Source: the human T2T-CHM13v2.0 reference genome, Homo sapiens. Taken from it: DNA of 64,000 nt. This document shows positions 50,366 through 64,000 of the stretch, in pieces (the first letter of the stretch is position 1; every line of letters starts with the position of its first letter). The stretch is taken from assembly GCF_009914755.1 (NCBI RefSeq), contig NC_060935.1. One strand, 5' to 3'. The notes beneath the pieces are model-generated. The model was not told the origin of the DNA, ran no database searches, and saw only the letters and a program-made list of their open reading frames with translations. The position numbers and the translations under genes are program-made.

Positions 50366-52939
50366 AGTTTCTACTTTAGTTAGGCTTGGAGGCTCTCTAA
50401 TCTATAAATGATGGGTTGGCTCTATTCCTCTCATTCTCAGTCAGTTCTCCTCCCAGCCTCCAACTCTAGAAGAGATAGCATTTATCCGTGACTCACTTTT
50501 TAAAATCATTTTAGATCAAAGGTGTCAGTAGGAGGATGAAGAATATGTGCTAATAACTCTCATTGGCATAATGCTTTCAATTTATATGTATGTAATATTT
50601 TATAAACATAGCAACTCTTTAAGGTTATTGTTATTTCTTTTGAGCAAAAGGAAGAGAAAGGCTAAATGATTTCCCAAGTCACCTAGAAGACTTATTGCAG
50701 AACCTAGACTAGAATCTGGGTTTTTTGGCATCCGATCAATCCAGTCACAGGCAGAAAGTGTCTACCTCTGCTGCTTTCTTAGAAATCAGTGTGTGATTTC
50801 TAGAAAACAATGGAAGTGGCTTGGGAACTCCCCTCACCATCGCTCCCTTTGTACCACTGCAGTATCCAGGGATCTCGGTGGTGATCAGATCCTGGAACAA
50901 GCACTGATGAGCATCCTGTAATCCAGAAGATGATCTAACCATCCAGTGCTAGAATCCCTGATACCACCACAACAAATGACTGTCTTCTTCCTCTTTGGAC
51001 CATTTTATTGATGGGAAACTCATTATTGAGAAAGTGGCTTATTCTGTGTTCCCTCATCTGTGCAACTGGAATGACACCAAACAGGGAAAGATGTGACATT
51101 TAAATGGGAGAATGAATGCAAAGTACATAGTAGGTACTCATAAGGAATCCTCCCAGAAAAGCTGGCACATCCTGCTCATTTAGGGCTGTTTGTTTGTAAA
51201 GGCACAGCTGAGTGAATCTGGGAGCCAGGTCCACAGGCAGGCAATGAAGCATGCTATCTGCCTCCTGAAGAGACATGCCAGGGGCTGGGATGGAAAAGAC
51301 AAACTCCAGCTTTCAGATCTGCCACTGCAAGAAAACCAGGGTTTTTGCTGTGGTGGCTCTGGGTGGAGTGGTGATGGTGGTGGGGGCAGATGGGCAGTAA
51401 ACAAATAGCCAAACCCCACATAGCCATGTGGATTGGTGACATCCAGGTGACTCTGTGACCCTAGGATGCACGGGGAAGCACAGAAAACCCTTCTCAAAGA
51501 CAAAAAACTGCTTTAGTTCTGTGTAGCAGTGGCTTGAAGGTTGATCACTGGTATGATGTGCCTAAGTTAGGATGCAGCTGGCATGGAACAGCACGGTTTT
51601 CCTCTGTCCAAAGAAGGTTTGCAAACAAAAGTAAAATTCAAAACATTTAATAATTGCTGTGGTACAGGCACACTGCCAATGAGAATGGAGATCAGCTACA
51701 ACCAAACAGCATGGTCATGGGGGGGTGTGCCAGCCAAACATCCACCCTAGCAACAAGGAAGCCCACCCTGCAAACAGGGAGAAGAGGATCTGCAGGGTGG
51801 GGGCCTAGAAGTCAGCAGAAAATCTGCCTATCTCCTATGGAAATCCCAGAGAGGATTTCATTAACCTCTCAGGGCTCTGCAGAGCATGATTTAAAAGCCA
51901 TTGCTGGGCCGAGGGGGTGGAAGTGGGGAAGTAAGTGCCTTCAGTGTCCAGCTTCCAGGCGCAGTATTATTACTCCAGTGTACAGGGCCAGCCTCCAAAA
52001 GGGCAAAGCCCTGGTTCCACCCAAAGACAAGTCCATGAAGGCTCTGACAGGTCATCATGCTGTTAATCAGCATACTTCTCCCTCTGCCAATGAGTATTCA
52101 TATGTAGTCTCCCCAAGCACTTGTTCCTGTTCTAGCTTTTATAGATGAGGGCACTAGCACCCCTCACTGCAGTCCCAGGACTTAGAACACAGCCTTGATT
52201 CATGCAAATTGAGCCCTGGTGCTGGCAGGAGTCAGGGATCAGAATCCTAGTCCTGCCCAGGTCGTCCAGAGCCACTCCAAGCCCCTCTCTTTCCCAGCTC
52301 ATATGTGTCTCCCAGCTGCTGATCTTTCACTAAGAGCACATGTTGCTGCTACCTTCTGGATGAAGTCACAAGGGGTCAATTATCTTGCAGCAATGAAACC
52401 GGCATACTGTTTCTTCAGCTTGCATAAGATGAAGCTCCACATGATGAAACAAGTCAACGGTCCATGAGGTCTTGGGGAAGGCACTAGAAGCAAAAGCCCT
52501 CCCTTGAGAGCAATGCACCAAGACCTCCCCTTTCTCCTGCCCTCGACCACCAATGAGCATGCTGTAGTGGACTTGCCAAACTCAAGAAATACTCACAGTA
52601 AATGCCACTGAAACATTTCCCCACTGTTTTCCATGGAGCTCAAACGACTGTACCTCTTGAGGCTGATTTTGCCCCTACTTGTGTCTTACAAATTGGGTTT
52701 GTTCCCCAGGAAGTCACCCTTTTCTTGCTAATTCTATCAGTGGCTTTTCATGCTGTCTTTCATACATAACTACAGCTTCCTAGCCTTCACCAGCTTTGTC
52801 TCTTCTAAATGGAAACCTCTCATAGCCCTGCATTAGAAGGCAATGGATTTGAATGGCAGCTTCCCAGTAATTCTCTGAAGGGGCCATGGGCATCGGCTGT
52901 GGCTAGGGCACATGCAGGAACACCTGCAGGAGGCCAGTA

Positions 52940-53190
52940 TATCTGGGTGAGACATTAAGCACCAAGCTTTCATGTCAGTCAAGCTGGGTCCCATTCCCAG
53001 CTCAGCCACTTACCAGCTATGCAACCTGGGAAAGTTATTCAAAACTCTTTAAGGTCTTTTCTTTAGTGTAAAATGGTTTTAATAATAGTATCTATCTTAT
53101 AGGGTTGCTTTGAGAATTAAAATAATATATATAAGGCACTTAGCACTATGCCTAGCAAATAGCCATGTAGCCATTTTCAATATTGTTAGT
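52940..53190 (+). mobile_element. MIR SINE
   Basis: cccagctcagccacttaccagctatgcaacctggg...tatcttatagggttgctttgagaattaaa. Confidence 0.8.
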
Positions 53191-53559
53191 CATTCACTTA
53201 TCAATCAGTTGCTATAAACCCTGTACCCTGTTAAAGGCTGAGACTCCCAGTTTCTGCCCTCAGAAACCTCACAGTCCAATGGGAAAGGACCACAGGAGAA
53301 CCAGCAGTTAGGATGCAGGATGGTAAGTACTTTATTAATAATCACTTTTTAAAACACTATCACTAATGGGTGACAACCATTTTTTGCTAGCCACTGTGTG
53401 CTACATGCTTTAAGTCAAGTACATAATCTTTCTAGTCTAAATATGTGAGTTCAAATCCCAGCATTACCACTGAATAATTATGAAATCTTTGGCATATTTA
53501 TTAACTCTTTGACACTTGGTTATTCATCTTGTAAATAGGTACAGAAGTCAGAAAAAATA

Positions 53560-53807
53560 GGATGGGCACGGTGGGTCACACTTGGCAACATAGTGAAACC
53601 CCATCTCTACTAAAAATAAAACAATTAGCCAGGCATGGTGGTATATGCCTGTGGTCCTAGCTACTTGGGAGGCTGAGGCAGGAAGATCACTTGAGCCCAG
53701 ACGTTTGAGGCTGCAGTGAGCTGTGATCACATTATTGTGCTCCAGCCTGGGTGACAGAGCAAAACACTGTCCCTTAAAAAAAAAAAAGAAAAAAAAAAGA
53801 AAAAAAA
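53560..53807 (+). mobile_element. AluJ with internal left-arm deletion
   Basis: ggaagatcacttgagcccag...gaggctgcagtgagctgtgat (AluJ); about 65 nt missing after gggtcaca. Confidence 0.9.
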
Positions 53808-54825
53808 GTGTTAGGGAAAAATTGTATGTAAGATGTCACCAGAGTGTCTTGTATATGGTAGGTGCTTCATAAATGTCTGTTGGCTAGAGTTGAAGTGCAG
53901 CGACTAAGGGGTGTTTGGAAAATGCATGCGAGATGGCTATTGTTCCTCACCCCTAGAGAGTCTGTCTGGGTGGCTTTGAAGGCCCAGGCAACATGTCCAC
54001 CTAGGCTGTGAGGCAGGACTCTGATGCTCAATGGCTTACCCGGTTTGGACCCCGTTCTGAGCCAATGACTGCAGCCACAGGGACCAGAGGCTGGCACACC
54101 AATGGGGTTTCTGGCAAGAACCAGGCAGAATGTTCTAAATAGGGCAGGCCCTCTAGGACCAAGGTAGATAATGGGCATGGACCTGTAGGCAGAAAGAGGT
54201 TCTGAGCTCTCCCAGGCATCCCCAGTTTTGCATACCTTGACCTCACATCATTGCCAGGATGGCTTATGCTGTCTCCAGGTCAGGCCTTCAGGGGCTCACA
54301 GTAGGCAAGTCACATCATATTTCTCTTTGTCCCAGAGAGAGCAATCCTAGTCCTGTCTTTAATGCATGGCTAATGAAATAATCAAATACAAAAGAACCTT
54401 GCAAAATATAAAGTACTACAAAAATAAGGCATTATCATTACTGACATCATTACTACTACTACTGCTGCTACAATTACAGCTACTAATGACCACTATGATT
54501 TGTCAGTCTCTATGTGTCACTTATACTTTATGGATAATCACAAATCATCCCTAAAGCCTATTTAGGTAAATGATGAAGAAATTGAGGCTGAAAGAAACAA
54601 GGCTACTACCAGCCCCGTTATTGACTTTACCTGAATTTGAAAAAGATGTCTCTTCTTCTGGGCAGATGTAGCCCCTCTGGGACACATGGCTTGGCAGGTG
54701 GAATGCAGGCTGGTTTTTAGCCTCCACTAGCCCTTGAATAAGCAGGCTTGTGCAGGACACACCCTCAACATCAGTTTTCTGCAATCTCACAGAGAATGTG
54801 AGTAGGCTGGTTCAGTAAGAAGCTA

Positions 54826-55123
<298 letters not shown>

Positions 55124-56159
55124 AAGAAGCTAAGTCAAGAGTTACATGCAGGTGTGTTCCATTATACAAAGCATGGGTACTCCAAATGGGCATTTGCTGC
55201 CTGGAGCCAGCATCTTCTATGTAGACCACAAACACTGGCTGGCCCTCTGCACACTCATCCCTGTGCTGCTACTGTGGGATGCACAAGGATGACGCAGACA
55301 GGAGCCCATACCCCAGGGAGTGCATTGCCTCTGAGAAGCAGCAGAGGTACTCCTGCTCAGAACACACCAGCCCCAGAACTGAGACGGTGCCCAGAGAGGA
55401 ACAAAAACGCACAAACCCAGTCCTGTTTAGGCGAATGAACATTCTTGTAGCAGGGCTTGATAAGCCTGTTGCTAAGCCTACCTTTCTTCCTGTCACTGAG
55501 CACCTGGCTCTTGGCTCAGGAAAGATAATCACTCTGGGAACCAGCTCTCCTCAGGAGACCTGGCAGAATGCTGGCAGTCCAGAGCAAAACCTGCCTTTCA
55601 ACAGAGCTTCGCCTCCTCCCATGTCAGACAAGGGGAAACTCAACCTGTAAAGGAAAGGGTTTGCACACACACAATTCTGCTGAGAGCCTGCAGTAGTAAG
55701 TGACCCCCGCCCCGGGAAAGGAAGGAGCCCCAGCTCTCCCAGCTCAAAGTGCTTCCTAAACAAAGACCCTAAGTGTCCTGCCGCAACAACTCAAGACATG
55801 GGACACTCAGGTTCCAGGAGCACCTGCAGCTATCATCTGTCAGTCCTGACACCAGCACTGTCTGTGCTGAGGTTGAAGCAAAGAGATCAGACAAGCACTG
55901 GGGTGGGAGTGGGGGCTGCAGAGGGCAGGTGAAGGGGAAAAGGCTTTGGAGAGACCAATATGAATAGCAGGCATTTTTGTCTGACCCCAAAGAAGAGGGC
56001 AAGGGAGAGCTGTGATCTGAGCCAAGATGAAAGAGTGATTGGCCTCCCCTAGTAATCAAAGAGTTTAATGAGGCTTATTAAAAGCCCATTTCTAGGTCTT
56101 GTTGAAAAATTACACCTGTAAGTGTTTTTTTTTTTAATAAGAATTGCCTCCCAGGGATT

Positions 56160-56161
<2 letters not shown>

Positions 56162-56203
<42 letters not shown>
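56162..56203. repeat. (AC)21 microsatellite
   Basis: perfect AC run. Confidence 0.97.
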
Positions 56204-56205
<2 letters not shown>

Positions 56206-58530
56206 CCCCAAAATCCCATACCCCACACATTCACAGTCACATTCCCACAAAAGCTGCGTATCATGTACATTACAGCATTCTAGGTGCATCTACATCAACC
56301 ATGGTCATAATTCGCAACATACACATATATTGTAAGACAGAAAAGCCAGATCACTGAGGTCATTCGTGCACCTTTTGAAATTCCAGACATTGAGGGAACC
56401 CTAGAGCTTCATCCTCAAGAAGTTGTGATCCATATAAACAAAGAGCATAGCCTCTAATCCACAGCATTCTCTGTGTCTTGCCTGAGGCAAGACAACTCAG
56501 CAAAAGCAGAAGCTACCATGCTTGGAGTCCAGGATCATTAAGCTTTGGTAAAAAAGCAGCAGTTTTACAGCAAGGTCACTGCACAAGAAGGGGGCGGAGG
56601 GGCTGTGTCACTCCTTCCACCCATGGTGAATTCTCTCTGATATGCTAAATCCCAGCCACTTGGTAGAGCCAGCCCTGGGCCTGGAGCAGGTTTCCCTTGG
56701 TTCTCAGCTTACTGCGAGCTCACAGCTGCCTTCACTCTCAGGCGGAGAAAACATTGCTTTCTGGAAGAATCAGCTAGATGCAGAAAAGAATCCCTTGCAG
56801 AAAATTATCCCACCACCAGAGTGCTGCTAATCTCCCCAACATGATACTCACTGCCAAGTGGTAGAATGCAACAATGACCATTCAGATGCTACAACTACCA
56901 GGTGGAACAGTCTGCTGTTATTAGAAACAAATGTTTTAGATTTAGTAAATCTGGGTTTCAAGCCTAGCTCTAACCCTTACTCAAGGTATGGCTTTGGCCC
57001 ACTCTTTCAGCCATCGTTTTCTCCTTTGCAAAATGGCAGGAACAACTTCCTTCTACGTTATAGAGTTGTGGGAAAGATCACAAAGTACCCTTCAAACTGT
57101 ATACCCCAAAGCAGATGCTAGAAAGTCTCATAATGAGACAATAATGGGAAAATGGAGGAACTCACTGATTGGGTTGTGAACTCCTCAAAGGCCTATGTGG
57201 TATTTATCTTGTTCTCAGTGCCCAGCGCCGAGACTGGGACTAAATACCCTGGGAAAAACAGTGTGAAAGAAAGAAAGCAGAAAGAGTGAATCTGTGAGTT
57301 AAGTGGCTTGCCTAAGGTCACAGAGCAGGTCATTGCAGGACTTGAGCCCAGAACGCTTGACCACACTAGTCCAGAGCTCTCTGTTCTTGACGTACCAAAC
57401 AGTTGGGTCTATTGAAGGGAGAGTGAGTGTCACAACAACTGCAGCATGGACCAGTTTTCAATAAGCCCCACTATTCCCAGAGAAAGACCCAATGTTGGCC
57501 ATGTATGGCCTAAAAGGACTTCACAGACTCACCTGTTAAACATGTCAACTCCACACTGGGAGCAAACAGAAGCCACAAGTGCAAGTAATACTCAAATGCC
57601 TCAAACTGGCTCATCTTATTTACTGACTCGTGCAATACTGACTTGAATTGCACAAAACAGAAAAGTCACAAGCCTGGGACAATGGGCCTGGCAGGGGTTA
57701 GGTTGTGCAGACTAGAAGCATATCTTGTTTTGGGTTCACTTTCAGCATCATTACTTACCTACCGACCAAGTGTCTGAGAGATCACTAGCCCTCTCTGATT
57801 CTCAGTTTTTCCATCTGCAAAACAAGAAGACAAACACAATTAATTCCTTGAGATCGCTGGACTAAAACGCATCATCGGTTTTATGCCTGGAATTGGTTAC
57901 CAACTACTTATGATTCCAGGTAACTGGGAAAACTGTGAGTGGTCAGGGGCTGCAAAATAACTAAAAAATGAAGTGCAATAATAAATTACGCATGATAATT
58001 AATAGTTATGTGTCAAGCAGGACGCTCGCTGATGGTGCCCAACTCTCAGCACAGAAAATTCAGCCTTCCAATCATTTGGGCACTTTTTATTTTTCATAGA
58101 TGTCAAAATATAAAAGACCATTAAAAATACCAGGAGAAATAAAGCAAAGAAAAGGGCCACAATCTCAACACATTCATGTCCAACAATTTGGGCTTTTTTT
58201 TTTCTTTTTTTTTTCCTTCTATACATAGAGTTTACCATTTTTCAGAGCAGAGGCTATCAAGATATACCATATTAAAAAGCACCACGCCAGTCATGATTTT
58301 CCTCTCTTGCCACCTGTGTTAGGCCGTGACAGTTGACCATTGCCCTTATTAACTCATTTTCCTTCCCATCCTTTTCATGAGTTTCTCCAAGGCCTTTCCA
58401 GGTGTGTGGTCAGGTCTCTGACAGGCACTGTCCATACCTGAGCCCAGAAGAGTGAGAAGTGAGCAACTTTTGGAGCCCTCAGACTGGTCTTTCCCTAGTC
58501 TAGGTTCAGTTACCTCATATGAAAAACAGG

Positions 58531-58819
<289 letters not shown>

Positions 58820-59333
58820 GAAAAACAGGGAAACTGGACCGGCTGGTCACAGATACCCTTTTTAACTTGAAAAAGCAAGGCTAAGGAAAAGAGAAGGAAA
58901 CTCCTATATTTGAGTCCCTACTATGTGACAGCTATTGAGCTAATAATATCTACAGATATGATTTCATGATCCTTATAACCACCCTGGGAGGGTTTACAGG
59001 GAAGAAAACTGCAGCTCAGCAAGGCTCGGCGAGCCGTCTAAGGCCTGATGCTGTAATTTTGGTACCCCATTCATATTTTTGCCATATCCATGTGTCACCT
59101 CTACTATCATTTACTAATTTTTCCAAATCAATTCATATTTTTTCTTAACTATATTTTTAAATAATTTTCAAAAAATGTTTCTGCAGCTCTCTATTTCTGC
59201 CCTTTCTCTCCTATGAAAAGCAACCTTGCAACTAAGATAGGTTCTGTAACAACGTTGCTAACAGCGTAAAGGAATTTGTCATTAAAACCATTCGGACAAT
59301 ATCTAGGAAGTCATAGGTGTGAGGTGCTGTATC

Positions 59334-59381
59334 CACACACACACACACACACATACACACACACATACATACACACACACA
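59334..59381. repeat. (CA)n/(TA) interrupted microsatellite
   Basis: cacacac...atacacac... Confidence 0.9.
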
Positions 59382-60419
59382 ATTTATTAAAATAAATTAG
59401 TTTTGGAGTTGAAAGCGCTCATCCATGTACTATGCCAACTCCCAGTGGTGCCCCTGCTACACTTTGGGGAGCTGGTCTGAAGTCCTTCAATGCACTGTGA
59501 CTTCAGAACTGAAGTCTTTCATCTTTCAAAGCTGAAATCGTAAAAATGCCTAACACTTAGTCTATGTCAAGAAAGTCACTAGGGTCACACAGCTAGTAAC
59601 TGAAGGAGCCGGGACCAGGCCTCTGCTTGCCTGCTTCTAACCCACCCCAGTGCCCCAGGAGCGCACTCAGTTTCTGTCCCCATCCTCAGACCCCAGATAT
59701 GCAATTCTGTGCCATCTGGCCACCAATTAAGTTGTTTTCAAATCCAGGCAGGGTCATCCTCTTTTGTTACATTGTCCTCAGCTTTTCCGTAAAGTGACTA
59801 GATTATATCGATACTTATTTACATTCCCAAAAGAGCGCTTTGGTATAAAACTGCATAATTTCTAAAACCACATTTTGAAAATATGAACTGAACGTGATTC
59901 TTTCTTCAACGATCCAAAATAGTAACCGAGGAAATAGAAAAGGCTGATAACCTAATACCCAGGAATGCCATTGCCACCGCAAATGAGTATAAAATCCCAA
60001 CCCGGTCAGGGGAAGTGGAAGAAAGTGGCAAAGTGACTATACTGGACACTAATCGAAGCTGTTGTCTAGTGTCTTTCTAAAGCTCTAAGCTTCCATTTCC
60101 TGTCATCTGGTTTTAAATTAATTGGCATGAATTTTTTATGACCAGAGAGCAAACAGGTTGAATGTCCCATAGAACTGGGTTGGGCTTGCTTTCTGCTGAG
60201 CTCCCCATTTCTGCACTGAATATGAGCTACAAACTACGCAGAAACAGGAACACAAATGGACCCCTGACTATTCATTCTCTGTCCAATGACACCTCTTCCA
60301 GGAAGGCTTCTCCCACCAACCTGAGTCAGAATTAGTACCCCCTCCTCTGGCTTCCCTCAGGGCAACACTTCTTGGAGACTCTGTTACACTGCAGTCATGC
60401 AGTTTGTTTTCTTTTTTTA

Positions 60420-61090
60420 AAAAAAGTATTTTCTTTCTGACTATTCACTAAATACAATAAAAACTCACCTAACACCATCAATATGATTTTAGATATACTT
60501 CCTTTTAAGCTTTTTTGTATGAATACTCACACAGACATCCACACAATGTACATTCAGATGCTTTACAAGGTGGGATCATACCATACAAGCTAATTTTAAT
60601 CTCTCTTTAATTTAGTAAAATAGCATGCTTTTAAATGGTTATGTAGATTTATAATTAATCTCCTACTGATGGACACAGCATTGTTTCTAATTTTTCACTA
60701 GTGTAAATACTCTAATATCTTTGTACATATTTCTTGTAGGGTTGTTTGATTATATGCTTATACTGTATTGCTTAACATTTTAAAAAATTATAGCTGCTCC
60801 TCACCCGAGTGTATCACTTGTCATTTTACCAGCAGTACATGAGCATGCCAATTCCTCTCACTCCCATAAATATTAGGCATTAGCATACTTTAAAAAATCT
60901 CTATTGATGTGATAGGTAAATGGTACCTAATTATTTTAATCTGCCTCTCTTGAATATCAGTTAAACATCTTTCTCTCAGTTTCTTGGTCATCACACTTTT
61001 TCTTTGGGAATTGCATGTTCGTTATGCTTTACTCATTTTGTGTGTTAATCTCTTTCCGGTTGCTGCATAAGGGTTTGCTATTTGTCTTTT
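60420..61090 (-). mobile_element. L1ME-type fragment
   Basis: aatctcctactgatggacac...ttgtttctaatttttcac...accagcagtacatgagcatgcc. Confidence 0.7.
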
Positions 61091-61199
61091 ACCCTGATTA
61101 TTTTTAGCTTGCTTCCAGCATGTCTAATCACAGAAAAGGGCACCACCAGAAATCTGGGTACCTGTTTCCTACCAGAAATCTGGGTACATGTTTTGACAC

Positions 61200-62380
61200 C
61201 CCCCTGCATGTCACTACTACTCACAGCCAATCAATCACCAAGTCCTATCAGTTCTACCTCCTAAATACACCTTGATTTGGCTCCTTTCCCTCCCTCTCCA
61301 TCTCCATGCCCTCATTCATGACACCATCATCCCTCTGGGGGACTTCTGCAGTGGCCTCCCAGTAGTCTCCTACATCTTCTACTCCAATTCTCTCACCACC
61401 TGAAGCCAGAAGTATTTTTTAAATGCAAATTGGGTTATCTTTTCTGCCTAAAACTTTCTGACACTTTCCTATTCTACTAAAGATAAAATCCAAAGTCCTT
61501 CATGTGTTCCTTTTCCTCACAAGGCTGCTTCCAGAACCTGGCTTCTGTACTGCTCGGGTATTGCAGATACATCCATCTGCCCCACAGTCTCTGTAATTGA
61601 GCCACACTGGCCCCCTTTCAGGTTTGCGAATATCAAGACCCTGGGTGCTGCTCCCTTGGGCTGAAAGGTTGTTTGCTTTCCTCTCTGCCTGGCTGACCCA
61701 AATGAACTCTTCAGGCTTCTCGACTCCAATGCCATCTCCTCTGAGAAGCCCTGAACCCCTAAGTTAAATAAGCCCCTCTGACTATTTACTAGGGTTTCCT
61801 TTGCAGCACATCTCACAACTGTACTTAAGCACTGTTTGGCATGGTTGGTTTAATGAGAACCAGGCTGTATGCTCTATGAATGACATGGTTTGGATCCGAG
61901 TCCTCACCCAAATCTCACGTCGAATTGTAATCCCCAATGCCACAGGCGGGGCCTAGTGAAAGGTGATTGGATCGTGGGGTGGATTCTCATGAATGGTTTA
62001 GCACTATCCTCTTAGTACTGTTCTCTTGATAACGAGTGAGTTCTCTTGGCCTCACCCCCCTTGCTCCCTCTTCTTCCTCCTGCTCCAGTCATGTGAAGTA
62101 TCGGCTTCCCCTTTGCTTTCCGCCATGATGGTAAGTTTCCTGAGGTCTCCCCAGAAGCCCAGCAGATGCTGTCATGCTTCCTGTACTGCCTGCAGAATGT
62201 GAGTCAATTAAACCTCTTTTCTTTATAAATTACGCAGTCTCAGGTATTTCTTTGTAGCAGTGCGAGAACGGACTAATACAATCAGGACAGAGACTTGGTC
62301 TCTCCTGTCTACCACTGTCTATCCGGAATTTAGCATGGTACTTGGCACATTCTAGGCACTCAATAAATACTTACTGGATT
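61200..62380 (+). mobile_element. L2 fragment interrupted by MSTA
   Basis: caatcaatcaccaagtcctatcagttctacctcctaaata...cttggcacattctaggcactcaataaatac. Confidence 0.75.
61881..62280 (+). mobile_element. MSTA MaLR solo LTR
   Basis: tgacatggtttgg...cccaaatctcacgtcgaattgtaatcccc...ccatgatggtaagtttcctgagg...gaacggactaataca. Confidence 0.9.
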
Positions 62381-63509
62381 ACTTTCTTTAAAAATATATA
62401 TTAAAAATATTTAAATAACCTATCTACTTCAAGGATCAAGCAATCACCTCTAGGTTTTCATAAGAAATTAACACAGGTCTTCACACAGAAAGCAGCTCCA
62501 GTGACAAACCAGTCCTGTCTTCAAATGTGCAGGGTCTAATTTAAGCCTATTCAAGAAGGACTGTTCCATTTCTCTCCATGTACAAAACTCAAAGCTCTGG
62601 CTTGGGCAACCACAAGTACACTAGGGTGAAAGTATCTCAAGAAGTCCATGTCTCATGCTTTTCTGCAGCTCCTTCCTCTCTCCACCCTATGTTTTGCCTC
62701 CATTCAGTGAATGCCTCTTAAGTGGACTTAATTTCAAATTATATATTATATCTAATATAGTATACCAAATTATATCTAATTCACTGCCTTCTCTCCCAAC
62801 ATTTTAAAACCAATTTGCATTATTAGCATTATTGACTTGATGGTTGTCTATAGATCAATACCTGTATTTATGAATATTTTCTGAAGTTACTTTCTTGAAT
62901 TGATTGTTGGTCAGAGAGGCTCAGTACTTCTCTAGCCACATCTCTTCCCTGTTCCCTGAGTTCACCTTGTCCTCAATTCAGCATTTAGTTCACCGAATTA
63001 ACTGAAATTGTATTTCCCCACTTTCCTATAGGGTCTCCAGGATGTAAGTCAGAGATCAGGCTGCGGTGTAGAGCCACCATTTCCTTGACCTAATTTGGAC
63101 TCTTCTCAAACTCACCACAAAGCACCTTAGGCATAATGATCAGTTGCATGTAAGGTGTTGATGCCCTCACTTTGGTCATCTTAGGCCACTAACATACTAG
63201 TTCAAGGAGTAGAAGGAGGTCAGCAGGTCAGATATTTGCTGGGGCCTATTATGGAGGGCTTAGGAACTCACTCATGCCAAGGAGGCACAGGATAAGAATA
63301 AAAGCTCATTTCCTGCCCTGGAAGAAATTGGGTTTTAGTTGGGAAGACAAGACCAATAGGCAGTAAATGGTCTTGGCCTTGCCTGTGTCTGAAGCCTCCT
63401 CTCTTCAAGATTCTGCTTCAAGATTCCTTTTATTTAAGCATCCCTCTATATAGCTGAAGATTCCAGGAAGAGGAACTGGAATAACTGGTGAGGTCCACTA
63501 GGTCTTTGT

Positions 63510-63720
63510 TAAATGTTGCATTGGCTATGGAATCAGAGTTTGGGTTTTACCCCTGGTTCTATTTCCTCCTCTCTGGGTGACCTTGGGTGGCATATTTAAC
63601 CTCCCTAAGCCTCTGTGTTTTCATTTGAAATGTGGGGATAGTAAAAGTACCTACCCCTGGGTTGCTGCAGTGCTTATGTGTCTATGACCTAGTAAAGGCT
63701 CAACAAATGTTGGTGAATAT
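63510..63720 (+). mobile_element. MIR SINE
   Basis: gggtgaccttggg...taacctccctaagcctctgtgttttcatttgaaatgtgggg. Confidence 0.75.
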
Positions 63721-63749
63721 TATTCTAATTGCTAGACTGTGATAATCTT

Positions 63750-63990
63750 AGCTAACAATGAAGTATTTACTGTGTGCCAGACATTGTCCTAAGCACTTTA
63801 CAAATATTAACTCATTTAACCCTTATAAATAATTCAGTGAGTTAAGTACTATTATTTGCCTCGTATTATAGATAGAAACTGGGGGTAGTGAGAGGCTAAC
63901 AAAATTGCCTGAAGTCACAAAATAAATGCTGGAGACAGGATTTTGAACCCAGGAGGTTTGGCTCCAAAAGTCATGCTCTAAACCATTAGA
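63750..63990 (-). mobile_element. MIR SINE
   Basis: tttactgtgtgccagacattgtcctaagcactttaca...ttaactcatttaacc...ttttgaacccagg. Confidence 0.85.
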
Positions 63991-64000
63991 CTATCAATCA

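Overview
Human genomic DNA: it carries a human-specific AluYb8 at 58531-58819. The window is CpG-poor and non-genic or intronic. I recognise no known protein-coding gene, RNA gene, CpG island or prokaryotic element. Much of it is interspersed repeat: 10 Alus, a ~3 kb L1MB-type element plus older L1 fragments, dozens of MIR/L2 relics, LTRs (MSTA, MSTD, MLT1, LTR33, LTR16) and DNA transposons (MER5, MER8, MER33, MER58A, MER82, MER96). Repeat subfamily calls are from recalled consensus, not a database search. Almost all supplied ORFs look spurious. Best leads: (1) a minus-strand spliced model with canonical splice sites (8118-8049 joined to 3720-3527) giving an 87-aa peptide with a signal-peptide-like N-terminus and a phase-1 intron at the predicted cleavage site, plus a 210-nt stop-containing cassette candidate (5050-4841); this is a hypothesis only; (2) fossil repair/template-switch scars, including a 56-bp stacked fold-back insertion in a MIR (839-905) and a 126-bp local L1 copy (42331-42456) that preserves the pre-Alu empty site; (3) repeat-free, motif-rich blocks that may be enhancers.
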